64,000 nt of DNA from Candidatus Woesearchaeota archaeon (GCA_046704725.1 JBJKRI010000008.1:67711-131710); one strand, 5' to 3'. Positions 9,142-18,723 are shown, counted from the first letter of the stretch. The notes: a model not told the origin generated them from the sequence alone. Numbers and translations are program-made.

Positions 9142-9624
9142 CTACTCATCCTTGCGCAAGGAGAGGATGCTGTCGAAGTTCTCGCTCACAACCTGCGCGG
9201 TCTTGGCATGCACCTTGACGTTATAGATATGCAGTGTGTCTGTGACGATGGTCACGTTGTACACTGGCTGGTCGTCGATCTTCTGCACGAGCAGGATCGT
9301 CTTTGTCGCGTTGTGGCCGGGATGCTGCTTGGCCAAGCGGTTGTGCGCTTTCGTTGCCGCGCCGACGTACGTGAACAAGACCTCGTCGCGAGCGAGCGGC
9401 GGGACCTTGCCGCCGTCCTTGAAGACGCTCGCCGGCTCTCCGCGGACGACGTGGTCGGCGCTCGCGGTGTACGGCGTGACGGTGTCCGCGTCCGCGTCGT
9501 AGTACCCGACCTGCCAGTCCGACCATGTGCCGTCGTGCGTGAGAAAACCGTGGACCAGATAGCCCTTCTCATCATTGAAGATCGGATGCTTTTCGATGCG
9601 TTCGACGGCTTCGGAGAAATGCAT
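9142..9624 (-). CDS. conserved hypothetical protein with PepSY-like C-terminus
   Basis: WQVGYYD motif; YNVKVHAKTAQVV resembles the PepSY terminal strand motif. Confidence 0.65.
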   Translation of the reverse strand: MHFSEAVERIEKHPIFNDEKGYLVHGFLTHDGTWSDWQVGYYDADADTVTPYTASADHVVRGEPASVFKDGGKVPPLARDEVLFTYVGAATKAHNRLAKQHPGHNATKTILLVQKIDDQPVYNVTIVTDTLHIYNVKVHAKTAQVVSENFDSILSLRKDE

Positions 9625-9715
9625 ATCCTGTGGGGAACGGGTCTGCTATTTAATCTTAGCTCCACAGCAACGACAATAAAGCTTAAGAACAACCGACACG
9701 TCGTCTTCCGCAGAG

Positions 9716-10294
9716 ATGGGGTCGAAAATCGCGTGGAAGAAACTCATCAGTGATTCCGAAACGATATCCTACGTGAAGAACGTCGGCGATTATCGCATCA
9801 TCATCGAGGCGCGGCAGTTCGACGAGGGTTGGGAGATCGTCAAGAAGTATCTCGGCGCCGGACTCAATTTCGTCGAGACGTACAGCGCGCACAGTCCCGC
9901 CGAACTGCGTTCATTGCTCAAGCACCTGCGATCGGAGCGCGACCTGTCGCGCAACGAGATCAAGGACATCTCGCGCTTCAAGAAGAAGACGCTGAAGGTG
10001 CTCGTGCGCCGCGGCTGGAAAGAGCGCACCGTCGAGAAATGGTTCTTTGGAATCAACGACAACTTCAGCAATTACGTGGTCATCCGCTACGGCAAGGAGC
10101 TGGATGTCGACATCGTGATGGAGGAGCAGCTCAAGTACATCGAGGACAAGGTAATCACGAAGCTGTACGAGGTCTTGGGCATCAGCGACACCGAGCAGCC
10201 CATCAACCAGGCCGTCTATTATTTCACCAAGAAGACGAACGCGTACCTCGAGACGGACATCGGGGACTATGAGTTCTCGTTCTACTATGAGTGA
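9716..10294 (+). CDS. hypothetical protein
   Basis: 192 aa with strong host codon bias; TATA-like sequence upstream. Confidence 0.75.
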   Translation: MGSKIAWKKLISDSETISYVKNVGDYRIIIEARQFDEGWEIVKKYLGAGLNFVETYSAHSPAELRSLLKHLRSERDLSRNEIKDISRFKKKTLKVLVRRGWKERTVEKWFFGINDNFSNYVVIRYGKELDVDIVMEEQLKYIEDKVITKLYEVLGISDTEQPINQAVYYFTKKTNAYLETDIGDYEFSFYYE

Positions 10295-10788
10295 TCCGCG
10301 TCCTTCGCCGCACCTGGCCGGAGAGGCATCTCGAGGGTGGTCTCGTAGTCCTTGAAGCCGCTCTTTCGATAGAACGCGACCGCACGCGTGTTCTGCGCTG
10401 AAGCCGTGACGCTCGCGACGTCCGCGCCGTGTGCTCTCGCCCATTCGATGAACGCGGAAACCAAGGCGGTCCCCACCCCCGAGCTGCGGAAATCCTCCTC
10501 CACGAAGATGTTCTCAAGCTCCGCTCTCGTGCGGATCATCCGGAAAGAGGGAATCCGTTCGAGATGGCCGATGCAATATCCGACCAGTCTCCCACCAGCG
10601 TCAGCCGCGAAGGCGGCGCCGTCGGACCCGACGACCCGCTGCAGATAATAATCCGGATTCTCATTCGGCCAGTCCATGTTGTACGTCTCGTCGTACTGCC
10701 GGTCGTTCTCGAAGAGCATCTGGTTGAGCTGCTTGATCCGTGGCACGTCCGTTCGCACAGCGCGCCTGACCGTGAACCTTGTCGTCAT
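10285..10788 (-). CDS. GNAT family N-acetyltransferase
   Basis: ELENIFVEEDFRSSGVGTAL motif A and NTRAVAFYRKSGF motif B; ATGA-coupled start at 10788. Confidence 0.92.
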   Translation of the reverse strand: MTTRFTVRRAVRTDVPRIKQLNQMLFENDRQYDETYNMDWPNENPDYYLQRVVGSDGAAFAADAGGRLVGYCIGHLERIPSFRMIRTRAELENIFVEEDFRSSGVGTALVSAFIEWARAHGADVASVTASAQNTRAVAFYRKSGFKDYETTLEMPLRPGAAKDADHS

Positions 10789-11399
10789 GAATCCTCTTTC
10801 TGCACCTCGATGAGCATGCCGATGGGCCCGGGGTTGACGAGGAGTGTGCGGCCGTGCTGGTGGGTGACCCCCCACGCCTCGTGGATGTGCCCGGACACGA
10901 CGATGTGCGGCTTGAAGCGCTCGATCATCGCGCGCGCGGACATGCTGCCGACAGGTCCCATCCACGGCAGCTCGTCGACCTCCAGTCCGTAGGGCGGGCC
11001 GTGCAGCATCCACACGACGAGGTCGTCTTCGAAATCCTGCTCGTGCGCCTTCGAGAAGAACTCCTCGAGCTCGCGGTTCTGCTGCGCGAATCCCCCACCA
11101 CCATAGGTGACGAGCGTGACTCCCGGCAGGCGAACGACCTCCTCGTGGACGTAGCGCAATCCGGGATATTTCGCCACGACTTCTCTGACGTCGCTCCCCT
11201 CGTGGTTGCCGTGCGTGAGATGGATGGTCTTGCCGGTCTTCTCGGCGAGGGCCTGCAGGGCCTCAAGCGATTCCTCCAGACCGGACGAGAAGTCCGTGAT
11301 GTCGCCGGCGCAGACGATGAGGTCCGCTTGGCTCGCGGGCTCCTCGAGATGCGCGAGATTGGTGTCACCGTGGGTGTCGGCGAAGGCGAGAATCTTCAT
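10785..11399 (-). CDS. calcineurin-like metallophosphoesterase (Icc-like)
   Basis: DTHG, GDITD, GNHE, HGPP and SGHIHE motifs. Confidence 0.92.
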   Translation of the reverse strand: MKILAFADTHGDTNLAHLEEPASQADLIVCAGDITDFSSGLEESLEALQALAEKTGKTIHLTHGNHEGSDVREVVAKYPGLRYVHEEVVRLPGVTLVTYGGGGFAQQNRELEEFFSKAHEQDFEDDLVVWMLHGPPYGLEVDELPWMGPVGSMSARAMIERFKPHIVVSGHIHEAWGVTHQHGRTLLVNPGPIGMLIEVQKEDS

Positions 11400-11471
11400 T
11401 TCTTGCGTGAAACGACGGGCATTTATAAGTGACATGCTTTGCTCTCCCTATGAATCTGTATAGGTATTCGT

Positions 11472-11499
11472 TATTCATTCGTCTTTTAACGAATGAATA
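11472..11499. promoter_or_regulatory. perfect 11-bp inverted repeat in AT-rich divergent intergenic region
   Basis: TATTCATTCGT-ctttta-ACGAATGAATA. Confidence 0.6.
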
Positions 11500-11619
11500 G
11501 ATTTGATAAACTTGTTCTGAACCTCTTCAATCTAGTGATTCGGCGTTCCCGAACCAAGATTTATATAGTCTTTAATACCTTAGTATAGGATACCGTATCC
11601 GTGTATTGCGGGGTGCAGT

Positions 11620-12459
11620 GTGCAGGCGACAATCAGACCAACCAAGGAAGCACTCTCCCGGACCTGGGGCAGGAATACTGAATCAGACGTTCTCGTGGAA
11701 TCCACGCCCGAGGAGATCATCAACCTGCTCACACAGCATGTCGGACCGGAACTCGCGCGGCAGACGATCGAGAGCATCGTCAAGATGACCGCACTGCATG
11801 GACGAGAAGGATACCTGCTAACCTTCGACTCCCTCGACCACTACCAAGAGCACCACCACGGCAGAGGCGTGGACTATAGCAGGGGAGAACTGACGCTGGG
11901 ATTCGCGCGCCGACCCGAAACCTACTCCTCCGAGATCACCGCGGCGGTACTGTACGACCATGCATCGAGCAAAGATCTCCATGACGGACTGAAAGTGTAT
12001 GACCAGTCGCGCGGAGGGCTGCTCGGAATCGGGGCGAACATCGGGTTCGACGGCCGATACATCCGTGAGAACCTCGACCTGTCAGCGCTCGACGAGGCTA
12101 TCGATCGCGGCTGGAGCCACATCGACTGCACGGGCACGCGCAACAGCGCGGCCTTCGTCGTCCACCAACAACGGCCAGTCATCAAGGTGCACAGCAAGGA
12201 GTACAACCACTTTAGCTACCTCGAGCCCGTCACCAAGGACGGATGCCCCTCTTTCCGCTTCCACAGAGTGAAGTTGCCGCCGGAAACCGGTGGGGGAACG
12301 CGCGTTAGACATCCCCGACCCGACGCACCATACCTCGGCATCATCGACACCGACGTCGGTACGATCCGCTTCCCGTTGAGCAAGGCACCGCGACCAGCGT
12401 CCTCAGGGAAGAAATATCGCATCATGCCTGTCGGACCGCTCCATGTGCGCGCAGCATAA
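11620..12459 (+). CDS. divergent DisA_N/diadenylate cyclase (DAC)-fold protein
   Basis: Collinear GYLLTF, LHDGLKVY, GTRNSAA, VHSKE correspond to DAC GALIV, LHDGAVI, GTRHRAA, VSEE. Confidence 0.6.
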   Translation: MQATIRPTKEALSRTWGRNTESDVLVESTPEEIINLLTQHVGPELARQTIESIVKMTALHGREGYLLTFDSLDHYQEHHHGRGVDYSRGELTLGFARRPETYSSEITAAVLYDHASSKDLHDGLKVYDQSRGGLLGIGANIGFDGRYIRENLDLSALDEAIDRGWSHIDCTGTRNSAAFVVHQQRPVIKVHSKEYNHFSYLEPVTKDGCPSFRFHRVKLPPETGGGTRVRHPRPDAPYLGIIDTDVGTIRFPLSKAPRPASSGKKYRIMPVGPLHVRAA

Positions 12460-12490
12460 GCATAAATAGGCCATCTCGTTCGGAACGACC

Positions 12491-13090
12491 ATGGAATCCT
12501 ACCGGCAGACCACGCAATACACGGGTGCATCAGCAGCGCTGCTGATGGCACTGCACCACTACACGCCGGAGGAGTATCCATTGACGCGCGAGAAGGAATT
12601 CAGCATCTGGATGCGCAGCGCGAACCTGCCCACGCGATCGAGCAGCATCTACGCACTGGCGTGCGTGGCGAACGAATCCGGAGTGACCGCGCGCGTGATC
12701 GTCGGCGAGAAAGAGTACGACTATCCCGACTACCGCTTCAAGCGATACAAGAAGCTCGACATCGACCACGCCAAGTACAGCAGCAAGCTCCACGCGCGCC
12801 GCGCGCGAGAGCAGAAGATCCCGATCGAAGAACACGAGTTCACGCTCGAGGACGTGAAAAAACAACTCGCGAAAAGACGCCTGGTCATATTGCGCGTCAA
12901 CGCGGGCATCCTACGGGACCGCAAGGCGACAAGCCGCTACATCCTGATCACGGGGCACGACGACGGATACGCCGTGCAAGACCCCGACCAAGGAGCCCTC
13001 AAGATACCGGATGATGCGATGGAACGGGCGTTCGAGACGCTCGTGACACGCAAGAAGCGCGACCACCGCATGCTCGTGCTCGGCGATTAA
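12491..13090 (+). CDS. peptidase C39-like protein, catalytic residues apparently lost
   Basis: YRQTTQYTGASAALLMAL (Cys position is Gly), SRYILITG (His position is Arg), VQDP retained. Confidence 0.7.
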   Translation: MESYRQTTQYTGASAALLMALHHYTPEEYPLTREKEFSIWMRSANLPTRSSSIYALACVANESGVTARVIVGEKEYDYPDYRFKRYKKLDIDHAKYSSKLHARRAREQKIPIEEHEFTLEDVKKQLAKRRLVILRVNAGILRDRKATSRYILITGHDDGYAVQDPDQGALKIPDDAMERAFETLVTRKKRDHRMLVLGD

Positions 13091-15696
13091 TAGTCCTCTG
13101 CCGTGTGCGGGTCGATCCGATTGACGAAACGCGTGACGCCGCGGGCGATGAGGACCGACAATGCGGTCATGCACGCGATGACGACCCATTCGAGCACGGA
13201 GAGGCGCACGACACCGAAGAAGCTGGCGAGCGGCGTGTAGATGATGAGCAGCTGCAAGATGATCGGCACGAGCACCGCGTAGTTCAAGAAGGGATTGATG
13301 AAGAGACTGACCCCCTCGTCGAAGCGGATGGTCGCCACCCGGATGAAGTGCGAGAAGACCAGCCAGGTGAAGGTCATGGTCTGGGCGAGCTTCATGTTGC
13401 CGGAATACCACAAGGTGAAGAAGAAGATGGTGAGCAGCAAGACGACCTTCGTCAGACCGATGAGCACGGTGAGCCACACGATGTGGCCGTTGATGATCTT
13501 CTCGTCGGCACCCGTGGGCTTCTTTTGCATGATATGCTTGTGGGACGGGTCCACTCCCAAGGCCATGGCCGGCGCGACGTCGGTCACGAAATTCACCCAC
13601 AAGAGCTGTATGGCGGTGAAAGGGAGCTTGCCGATGAGCGCGGCGATGAAGACGACCATGACCTCAGCGACGTTCGAGGTCAACAGATAATTGAGGACCT
13701 TGCGCACATTCGCAAAGACCGTGCGGCCCTGCTGCACGGCGAGGGTGACAGTCGAGAGCTTGTCGTCGAGCAATATGATATCGCCGGCCTCCTTGGCGAT
13801 GTCCGAGCCGCGCTTGCCCATCGCGATACCCACCTCGCCCGTCTTGAGGGCAGGAACGTCATTGACGCCGTCGCCGGTGATGCCGACGCGCTTGCCGCTC
13901 TCCTGGAGCGTGGAGACGATGCGCAATTTGAACTCGGGGGACATGCGCGCGAAGACGTTGTACTCGTCCACGACCTTCTTGAGCTGGCTGGTAGACATGT
14001 CCTTGAGATCGTCCCAACTGATGGCCCTGATGTCGCGGAAGCCGCACTCCTTGGCGATGGCCTCGGCGGTGCGGATATTGTCGCCAGTGATCATCTTGAG
14101 CTCGATGTTCGCGCCGTAGATGGTCTTGACGACCTTCTGGATGCCTTCTTGCGGCGGGTCGTAGATGCCTGCGAAGCCGACGAAGACCTCTTTGCCACGC
14201 TCGCCCTCCTTGTAGGAGAACGCGATGATGCGCAAGGCCTCGGACGAGAACGCGGTGAGCTCGTCCTCGATGCGATGCTTGTCGCGCGCGGTAAGCTTGC
14301 GGGCCTTGCCGCCCGCGAGGATGCTCTTGCAGGCGGCGAGCACCACCTCGGGAGCGCCCTTGCGATACGTGATGGCACGTCCCTTGTGCTTGTGGATGGA
14401 GACGACGCACTTGGTCTCCGAACTGAACGGCGATATCTTGGTGCGCGGATACTGCTTCTGCAGCGCGAAGATGTCCGTGCCGACATCGTTGAACACGTCG
14501 ATGAGCGCGAGGTCCTCGGCGTTGCCCATGAAACCCTTGTCCGTGTCCTTGGCCTCGTTGGCGAGCAATGCGGTGTGGCGCACGGCCTCAAACGTCTTCT
14601 TGCCCGATAGCTTCTTGAGATCCTTCGCGTTAGCGTCATGCACCTCCCCGTCGAACCAGAGCTTCTTGACGGTCATGCGGTTCTGGGTGAGCGTGCCAGT
14701 CTTGTCCGTGCAGATGACATCGATGCTGCCGAGCGTCTCGAGCAATGACTTGCGCTTGACAAGGACGTTGAGCTTGGCAAGACGCGTCGTGGTGCTCGCC
14801 AAGGCGAAAGTGACGATGGCCGGCAAGCCCTCAGGGATAGAGCCGATGACCAATGCGCTCGCGATCATGAAGATATCCACCCAGTGGAAGCCGCGGATGA
14901 ACAAGAAGACCGAGACGAAGGCGATAAGCACGAGAGCGACGTACGTGATCTTGCGCGCCGCCTCGTCCACCTCGGCGACGAAGGGCGAGGGCTTCTCGCC
15001 TCCAAGCGATTTCGCGATACGACCGACCTCTGTGCCAGAGCCGATACCGGTGACCACGATGGTCGCGGTGCCGCGCGTCACGAAAGTGTTCATGTAGACC
15101 ATGTCGGTGCGGTCGGCGAGGCTCACCTCCGATTTCATCGCCTTGACCTGCTTGCTTGAGGCCTTGCTCTCGCCGGTCAACAATGCCTCGTCAACGGCGA
15201 GGTCCGCGCACTCGATGATGCGCCCGTCGGCCGGCACGCGCTCGCCTTCCTCGAGCAGGACGATGTCGCCGACCGTGAGCTCCTCGGCGTCCACCACGGT
15301 CTCCTTGCCGTCGCGACGCACACGGGCCTTGGTCTTCATGAGCGAGGTCAAAAGCTCGGCGGCCTTTTCGGACTTGTAGTCCTGATACGCGCCGATGAGG
15401 GCGTTGAAAACGATGATGAACGTGACGATAATGCCGTCGATGATCTGCTCGTGGCGATTCATCAACGAACCGGTGATGAACGCGAACGCCGCGATGATAA
15501 TGAGCAGCCAGATGATATAGCTCTTGAACTGCTGGAGCAACAAGTGCCAGAACGACGCGCGCTTCTTCACCGCGATCGTGTTCGTGCCGTACTTAGCGAC
15601 ACGGCTCCTCACCTCCCTGCCGGAGAGCCCCTCCTTGCGCGCGTCGAGCGCGGAGAGGGCCTCTTCGGGGGAAAGCCTTGAATACTCGGTTCCCAC
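13087..15696 (-). CDS. cation-transporting P-type ATPase (type II, Ca2+-like)
   Basis: TGES, IPEGL, DKTGT, KGAPE, TGD, GDGVND motifs; start placed at GTG 15696 behind TTTTAAA. Confidence 0.95.
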   Translation of the reverse strand: MGTEYSRLSPEEALSALDARKEGLSGREVRSRVAKYGTNTIAVKKRASFWHLLLQQFKSYIIWLLIIIAAFAFITGSLMNRHEQIIDGIIVTFIIVFNALIGAYQDYKSEKAAELLTSLMKTKARVRRDGKETVVDAEELTVGDIVLLEEGERVPADGRIIECADLAVDEALLTGESKASSKQVKAMKSEVSLADRTDMVYMNTFVTRGTATIVVTGIGSGTEVGRIAKSLGGEKPSPFVAEVDEAARKITYVALVLIAFVSVFLFIRGFHWVDIFMIASALVIGSIPEGLPAIVTFALASTTTRLAKLNVLVKRKSLLETLGSIDVICTDKTGTLTQNRMTVKKLWFDGEVHDANAKDLKKLSGKKTFEAVRHTALLANEAKDTDKGFMGNAEDLALIDVFNDVGTDIFALQKQYPRTKISPFSSETKCVVSIHKHKGRAITYRKGAPEVVLAACKSILAGGKARKLTARDKHRIEDELTAFSSEALRIIAFSYKEGERGKEVFVGFAGIYDPPQEGIQKVVKTIYGANIELKMITGDNIRTAEAIAKECGFRDIRAISWDDLKDMSTSQLKKVVDEYNVFARMSPEFKLRIVSTLQESGKRVGITGDGVNDVPALKTGEVGIAMGKRGSDIAKEAGDIILLDDKLSTVTLAVQQGRTVFANVRKVLNYLLTSNVAEVMVVFIAALIGKLPFTAIQLLWVNFVTDVAPAMALGVDPSHKHIMQKKPTGADEKIINGHIVWLTVLIGLTKVVLLLTIFFFTLWYSGNMKLAQTMTFTWLVFSHFIRVATIRFDEGVSLFINPFLNYAVLVPIILQLLIIYTPLASFFGVVRLSVLEWVVIACMTALSVLIARGVTRFVNRIDPHTAEDY

Positions 15697-15752
15697 CAGG
15701 TTTGTTCCCGAAAATCCTCCTTTAAAAGCTTTATAGAACTTCGAAGGCGTGG

Positions 15753-16850
15753 TCACGCGCGACGGATCGCGTCGTACTCCTCGAGCACGATGACGTCGAG
15801 CTCGTCGGTATCGCTCACCACGGACAATCGGCCGTCGCCGACATCTACTATTTGACGCGCGAGATCCTCGCCCTTCGCGTCCAAGCCGATACCGATGACG
15901 GACACGGCGATACCGGCTGCGCGCGCCTCGGCGACCGCGGCGAGCACATCGGTCTCGGGATCGGAACCGATCGTGGGAAGCGCATCGGTGAGGATGATGA
16001 GATGGTTGGCGCCCTCCTGGCGAGGGAACGTCGTGACCGCGTGGCGCACCACGCCGGCGATGTCGGTCTCGCTTCCCGTGCGCAAGCCCGCAAGAGAGCG
16101 CAATATGCCGCGGAAATCCTTTCCCGGCGGGACGCTGCGCTCGACCTCCTTGCCGAAGACGCACAAGCCGACCTTGTCGCCCGCGGACATCGCCTTCCAA
16201 GCGAGGGCGACTCCCGCGCGCTTTGCCTGCATGATCTTCGCGCCGCGCATGCTTCCCGAGGCGTCGATCGCGTAAATGATGTTCGCAGCACCTTTGGCCT
16301 CGCGCTCAAAGGCGCGCAGGTCCTCGACGCGCAAGGAACGATGCCCCCGGCGCAAGGCGGTCTTGACGGACTGCTGGACGCTCACCGAACGGTATGGCTC
16401 GTCGACGAAGGGCTTTGTTTGCTCGCGCATGCCCGTGACGGCTCGCCGCTTATGCACGCGCTCGCCCAGAAGGCCGCGCGCGTCCAGATGCTCAAGCTCT
16501 TGCACCGCGAGCGATACCGCTGCGAGCTCGAGCGCGTCGTCGGTGAACGCGCCGTCCGCGCCGATGACGCCCTGCTCCTGCAATTCGTCGAAGTTCTGCT
16601 TGATGCGCTCTTGCAGGTGGCGCCGGAACTCGGGGATCGTCGAGTTACGCTCGACATAGTCGGGAGGATAGCCTGTCAACTGACGGACGAGACGGTCGCC
16701 GAACAAGCGCTCCGCCGAGCGATAGTCCTTGACGAGCTTGGCCATGAGCAGCTCGGGCGTGAAGAACATCGCGTTGTTGGACACGGACTCAAGCACCATG
16801 TTCCCGAGATCGATGTCGGGCTTGTCAGCGTCGAGCACCGAATGCATCAA
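15753..16850 (-). CDS. VWA domain protein (ChlD/BchD C-terminal-like); frame stays open upstream without a start codon
   Basis: MIDAS DASGSM, T in GSETDI, LTDA; SVKTALRRG..LRVEDLR segment typical of ChlD. Confidence 0.9.
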   Translation of the reverse strand: MMHSVLDADKPDIDLGNMVLESVSNNAMFFTPELLMAKLVKDYRSAERLFGDRLVRQLTGYPPDYVERNSTIPEFRRHLQERIKQNFDELQEQGVIGADGAFTDDALELAAVSLAVQELEHLDARGLLGERVHKRRAVTGMREQTKPFVDEPYRSVSVQQSVKTALRRGHRSLRVEDLRAFEREAKGAANIIYAIDASGSMRGAKIMQAKRAGVALAWKAMSAGDKVGLCVFGKEVERSVPPGKDFRGILRSLAGLRTGSETDIAGVVRHAVTTFPRQEGANHLIILTDALPTIGSDPETDVLAAVAEARAAGIAVSVIGIGLDAKGEDLARQIVDVGDGRLSVVSDTDELDVIVLEEYDAIRRA

Positions 16851-16968
16851 CCCTTGCTTGTCCGCGTCGCTTCCGGGCTTTCCGGAGATCTCCTCTGCCT
16901 CCGCGAACTCGGAGACATTAACCTCTTCTTGCTCGCCGGCGTCCTCACCCCCGTCGTCGGATTCGGCG

Positions 16969-17946
16969 TTACCCGCCCTCGCCCAGCTGTAACCGGTTCT
17001 CCTCGGTGTAAGCGGAGAACTCCTCGGCCACGTACTGCTGGGCGGTCTTGAGGTAACGCGCAGCGGGCTTCAGGGAAAGACGGTGCGCGAGCACGGACGC
17101 GACCGCCTCCGAGAGGTCCTGCAATGTCGCCGCGTCGTGGCCGGAGAGCGTGGCGTTCGCAGAAGCGCGCTCGATGAGGCCGAGCGTCGCCCTGACGGAC
17201 GGCGCCATCTCGAGGTTCTTGTCCAACCGCAGGCCGCGCACGAAACGCACCGCGTACGTCGTGAGAGCGTCGGGCACCGGCGCGTGGAGGCGCGCGTACT
17301 CCTTGACGATGCGCACCTCGTCCTCGAGGGTGTCCGGATAGGACATGTAGATCAGGTCGAAGCGGTCCAAGAAGACCTTAGAGAGCTCCTCGGTGCTGTT
17401 GTCGTCGGGGTTCATCGTGCCGATGAAGACGAAGGAGGCGGGGAAGTCCACGTCGTAGCTGCCGACAGTCGCCACCCGCTCCTGCAACACTTGGAGCATC
17501 GCGTTCTGCAGCTTGTCCGAGCAGCGGTTGATCTCGTCGAAGAACAAGACGCCGTTGTTCGCCTTGAAGATCTTGCCGGGAGTGAACGCCTCCACAGACA
17601 AGGGACCGTACTCCATGGCGCGCACAGGATCGATATCGCCGATGAGGTCCTCGGCGGTGAGGTCGGGACTGCCCTGGACGCGCACGAAACGCTCCTCGCC
17701 CGAGAAGGTGCGCGTCTTCGCCTTGCCGTCCGGTTCGCGACGAAACGCGTCGTCCGTCAACTCCATGTCCGGGAGCAATCGCGAGACGCTCTTGGCGAGC
17801 GTGGTCTTTCCCACGCCGGGCGGCCCGACGAGGATGACGTGCCTGCCGCTGAGCAGGGCGCTCTTGAGCTGACGCTTCACTCTGTCTTGTCCGATGATCT
17901 CGGGGAACTCCGCAGAAAGGAGGCCCTCGGTGAATTGCGATGGCAT
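16969..17946 (-). CDS. AAA+ ATPase, ChlI/MoxR-like
   Basis: IIGQD, GPPGVGKT, FFDEINR, GTMNP, LDRF, SVRA motifs; ATG 17946 behind TTTTAA. Confidence 0.92.
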   Translation of the reverse strand: MPSQFTEGLLSAEFPEIIGQDRVKRQLKSALLSGRHVILVGPPGVGKTTLAKSVSRLLPDMELTDDAFRREPDGKAKTRTFSGEERFVRVQGSPDLTAEDLIGDIDPVRAMEYGPLSVEAFTPGKIFKANNGVLFFDEINRCSDKLQNAMLQVLQERVATVGSYDVDFPASFVFIGTMNPDDNSTEELSKVFLDRFDLIYMSYPDTLEDEVRIVKEYARLHAPVPDALTTYAVRFVRGLRLDKNLEMAPSVRATLGLIERASANATLSGHDAATLQDLSEAVASVLAHRLSLKPAARYLKTAQQYVAEEFSAYTEENRLQLGEGG

Positions 17947-17979
17947 AGGCGCAGGGGAAAGCACGGACGGGTTAAAAGC

Positions 17980-18681
17980 CTATCCCGTCGTGTTCGTCGC
18001 GTTGCAGTTCGGGACCATGGTCCAGCCCGATGGCACGTCGCACGGCGTGTTGAAGGTGCGGCACTCGCCAGACGAGGTGTTCTCCGCGGTCGTGAGGACC
18101 TGCGCGCACAAGGTCTGGTTGGTCTGGTTCACTGTCTGGCCGACGGGCTTGATGCCCTGGTTGGGCGTGGTGAAGAAGATACGCTCCATACCCTGGCTGT
18201 TGATGAAGACCTGATATCCGAGCTTGTCGTAGTAGAAGATACGCTCTTTCTGGAGGTCCTGGCTCAATGTCGGGACGCCGAACAATCCGTAGATGTCAGA
18301 GAGATTGTGCCTGATGACGGTCTGGTTGACGAGGAACGGGTTAGCGGCCTGCGTGACGAGAATGCCCTGCACCTTGCCCTCCACCAAATGATAGAGGACG
18401 GCGCTCTTGTTCTGGCCGAGGTCGTACTCGATGTTGCGGATCTTGCCGAACTGATAGTCCTGCGAGACGTCTGGCTTGCCGAGGATGGCCTCGATGTGGC
18501 TCTGGTTGTCGCCCAGGCCCGTGCCGAAGACGCGGACCTGGTCCGCGGGGATGTTCTGGAGCAGGACGTCGTGGTAGAGGACCTCTCCAGGGACGTTCGG
18601 GACATTGCTCTGCCACGTCGCCTGATGGGTGCAGGCAGCCAAGAGCAGGAACGCCGTCACGGCGACTAGGAACCATCGCAT
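17980..18681 (-). CDS. lipoprotein with C-terminal Cys mini-domain
   Basis: LLLAAC lipobox; internal repeat (ILGKPD/LFGVPT); CAQVLT..GECRTFNTPCDVPSGW. Confidence 0.75.
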   Translation of the reverse strand: MRWFLVAVTAFLLLAACTHQATWQSNVPNVPGEVLYHDVLLQNIPADQVRVFGTGLGDNQSHIEAILGKPDVSQDYQFGKIRNIEYDLGQNKSAVLYHLVEGKVQGILVTQAANPFLVNQTVIRHNLSDIYGLFGVPTLSQDLQKERIFYYDKLGYQVFINSQGMERIFFTTPNQGIKPVGQTVNQTNQTLCAQVLTTAENTSSGECRTFNTPCDVPSGWTMVPNCNATNTTG

Positions 18682-18723
18682 CCGTGTGCGACGAGTCCCG
18701 CGTTTATAACGCTTGCGAAGGAA

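Noticed and set aside
15697-16200. Apparent 168-aa N-terminal extension of the P-type ATPase in the ORF track
   Set aside because: It overlaps the VWA gene in another frame, is Arg-rich shadow sequence, and a TATA box sits just upstream of GTG 15696
16847-16918. Short ATG-started ORF MSPSSRRQRR... in the AAA-VWA gap
   Set aside because: Third frame with atypical codons; the acidic VWA-frame reading explains the region better, though translational coupling through it is not strictly excluded
15753-17946. Functional magnesium or cobalt chelatase
   Set aside because: No ChlH/CobN subunit or tetrapyrrole genes in the window; only the AAA/VWA architecture is supported
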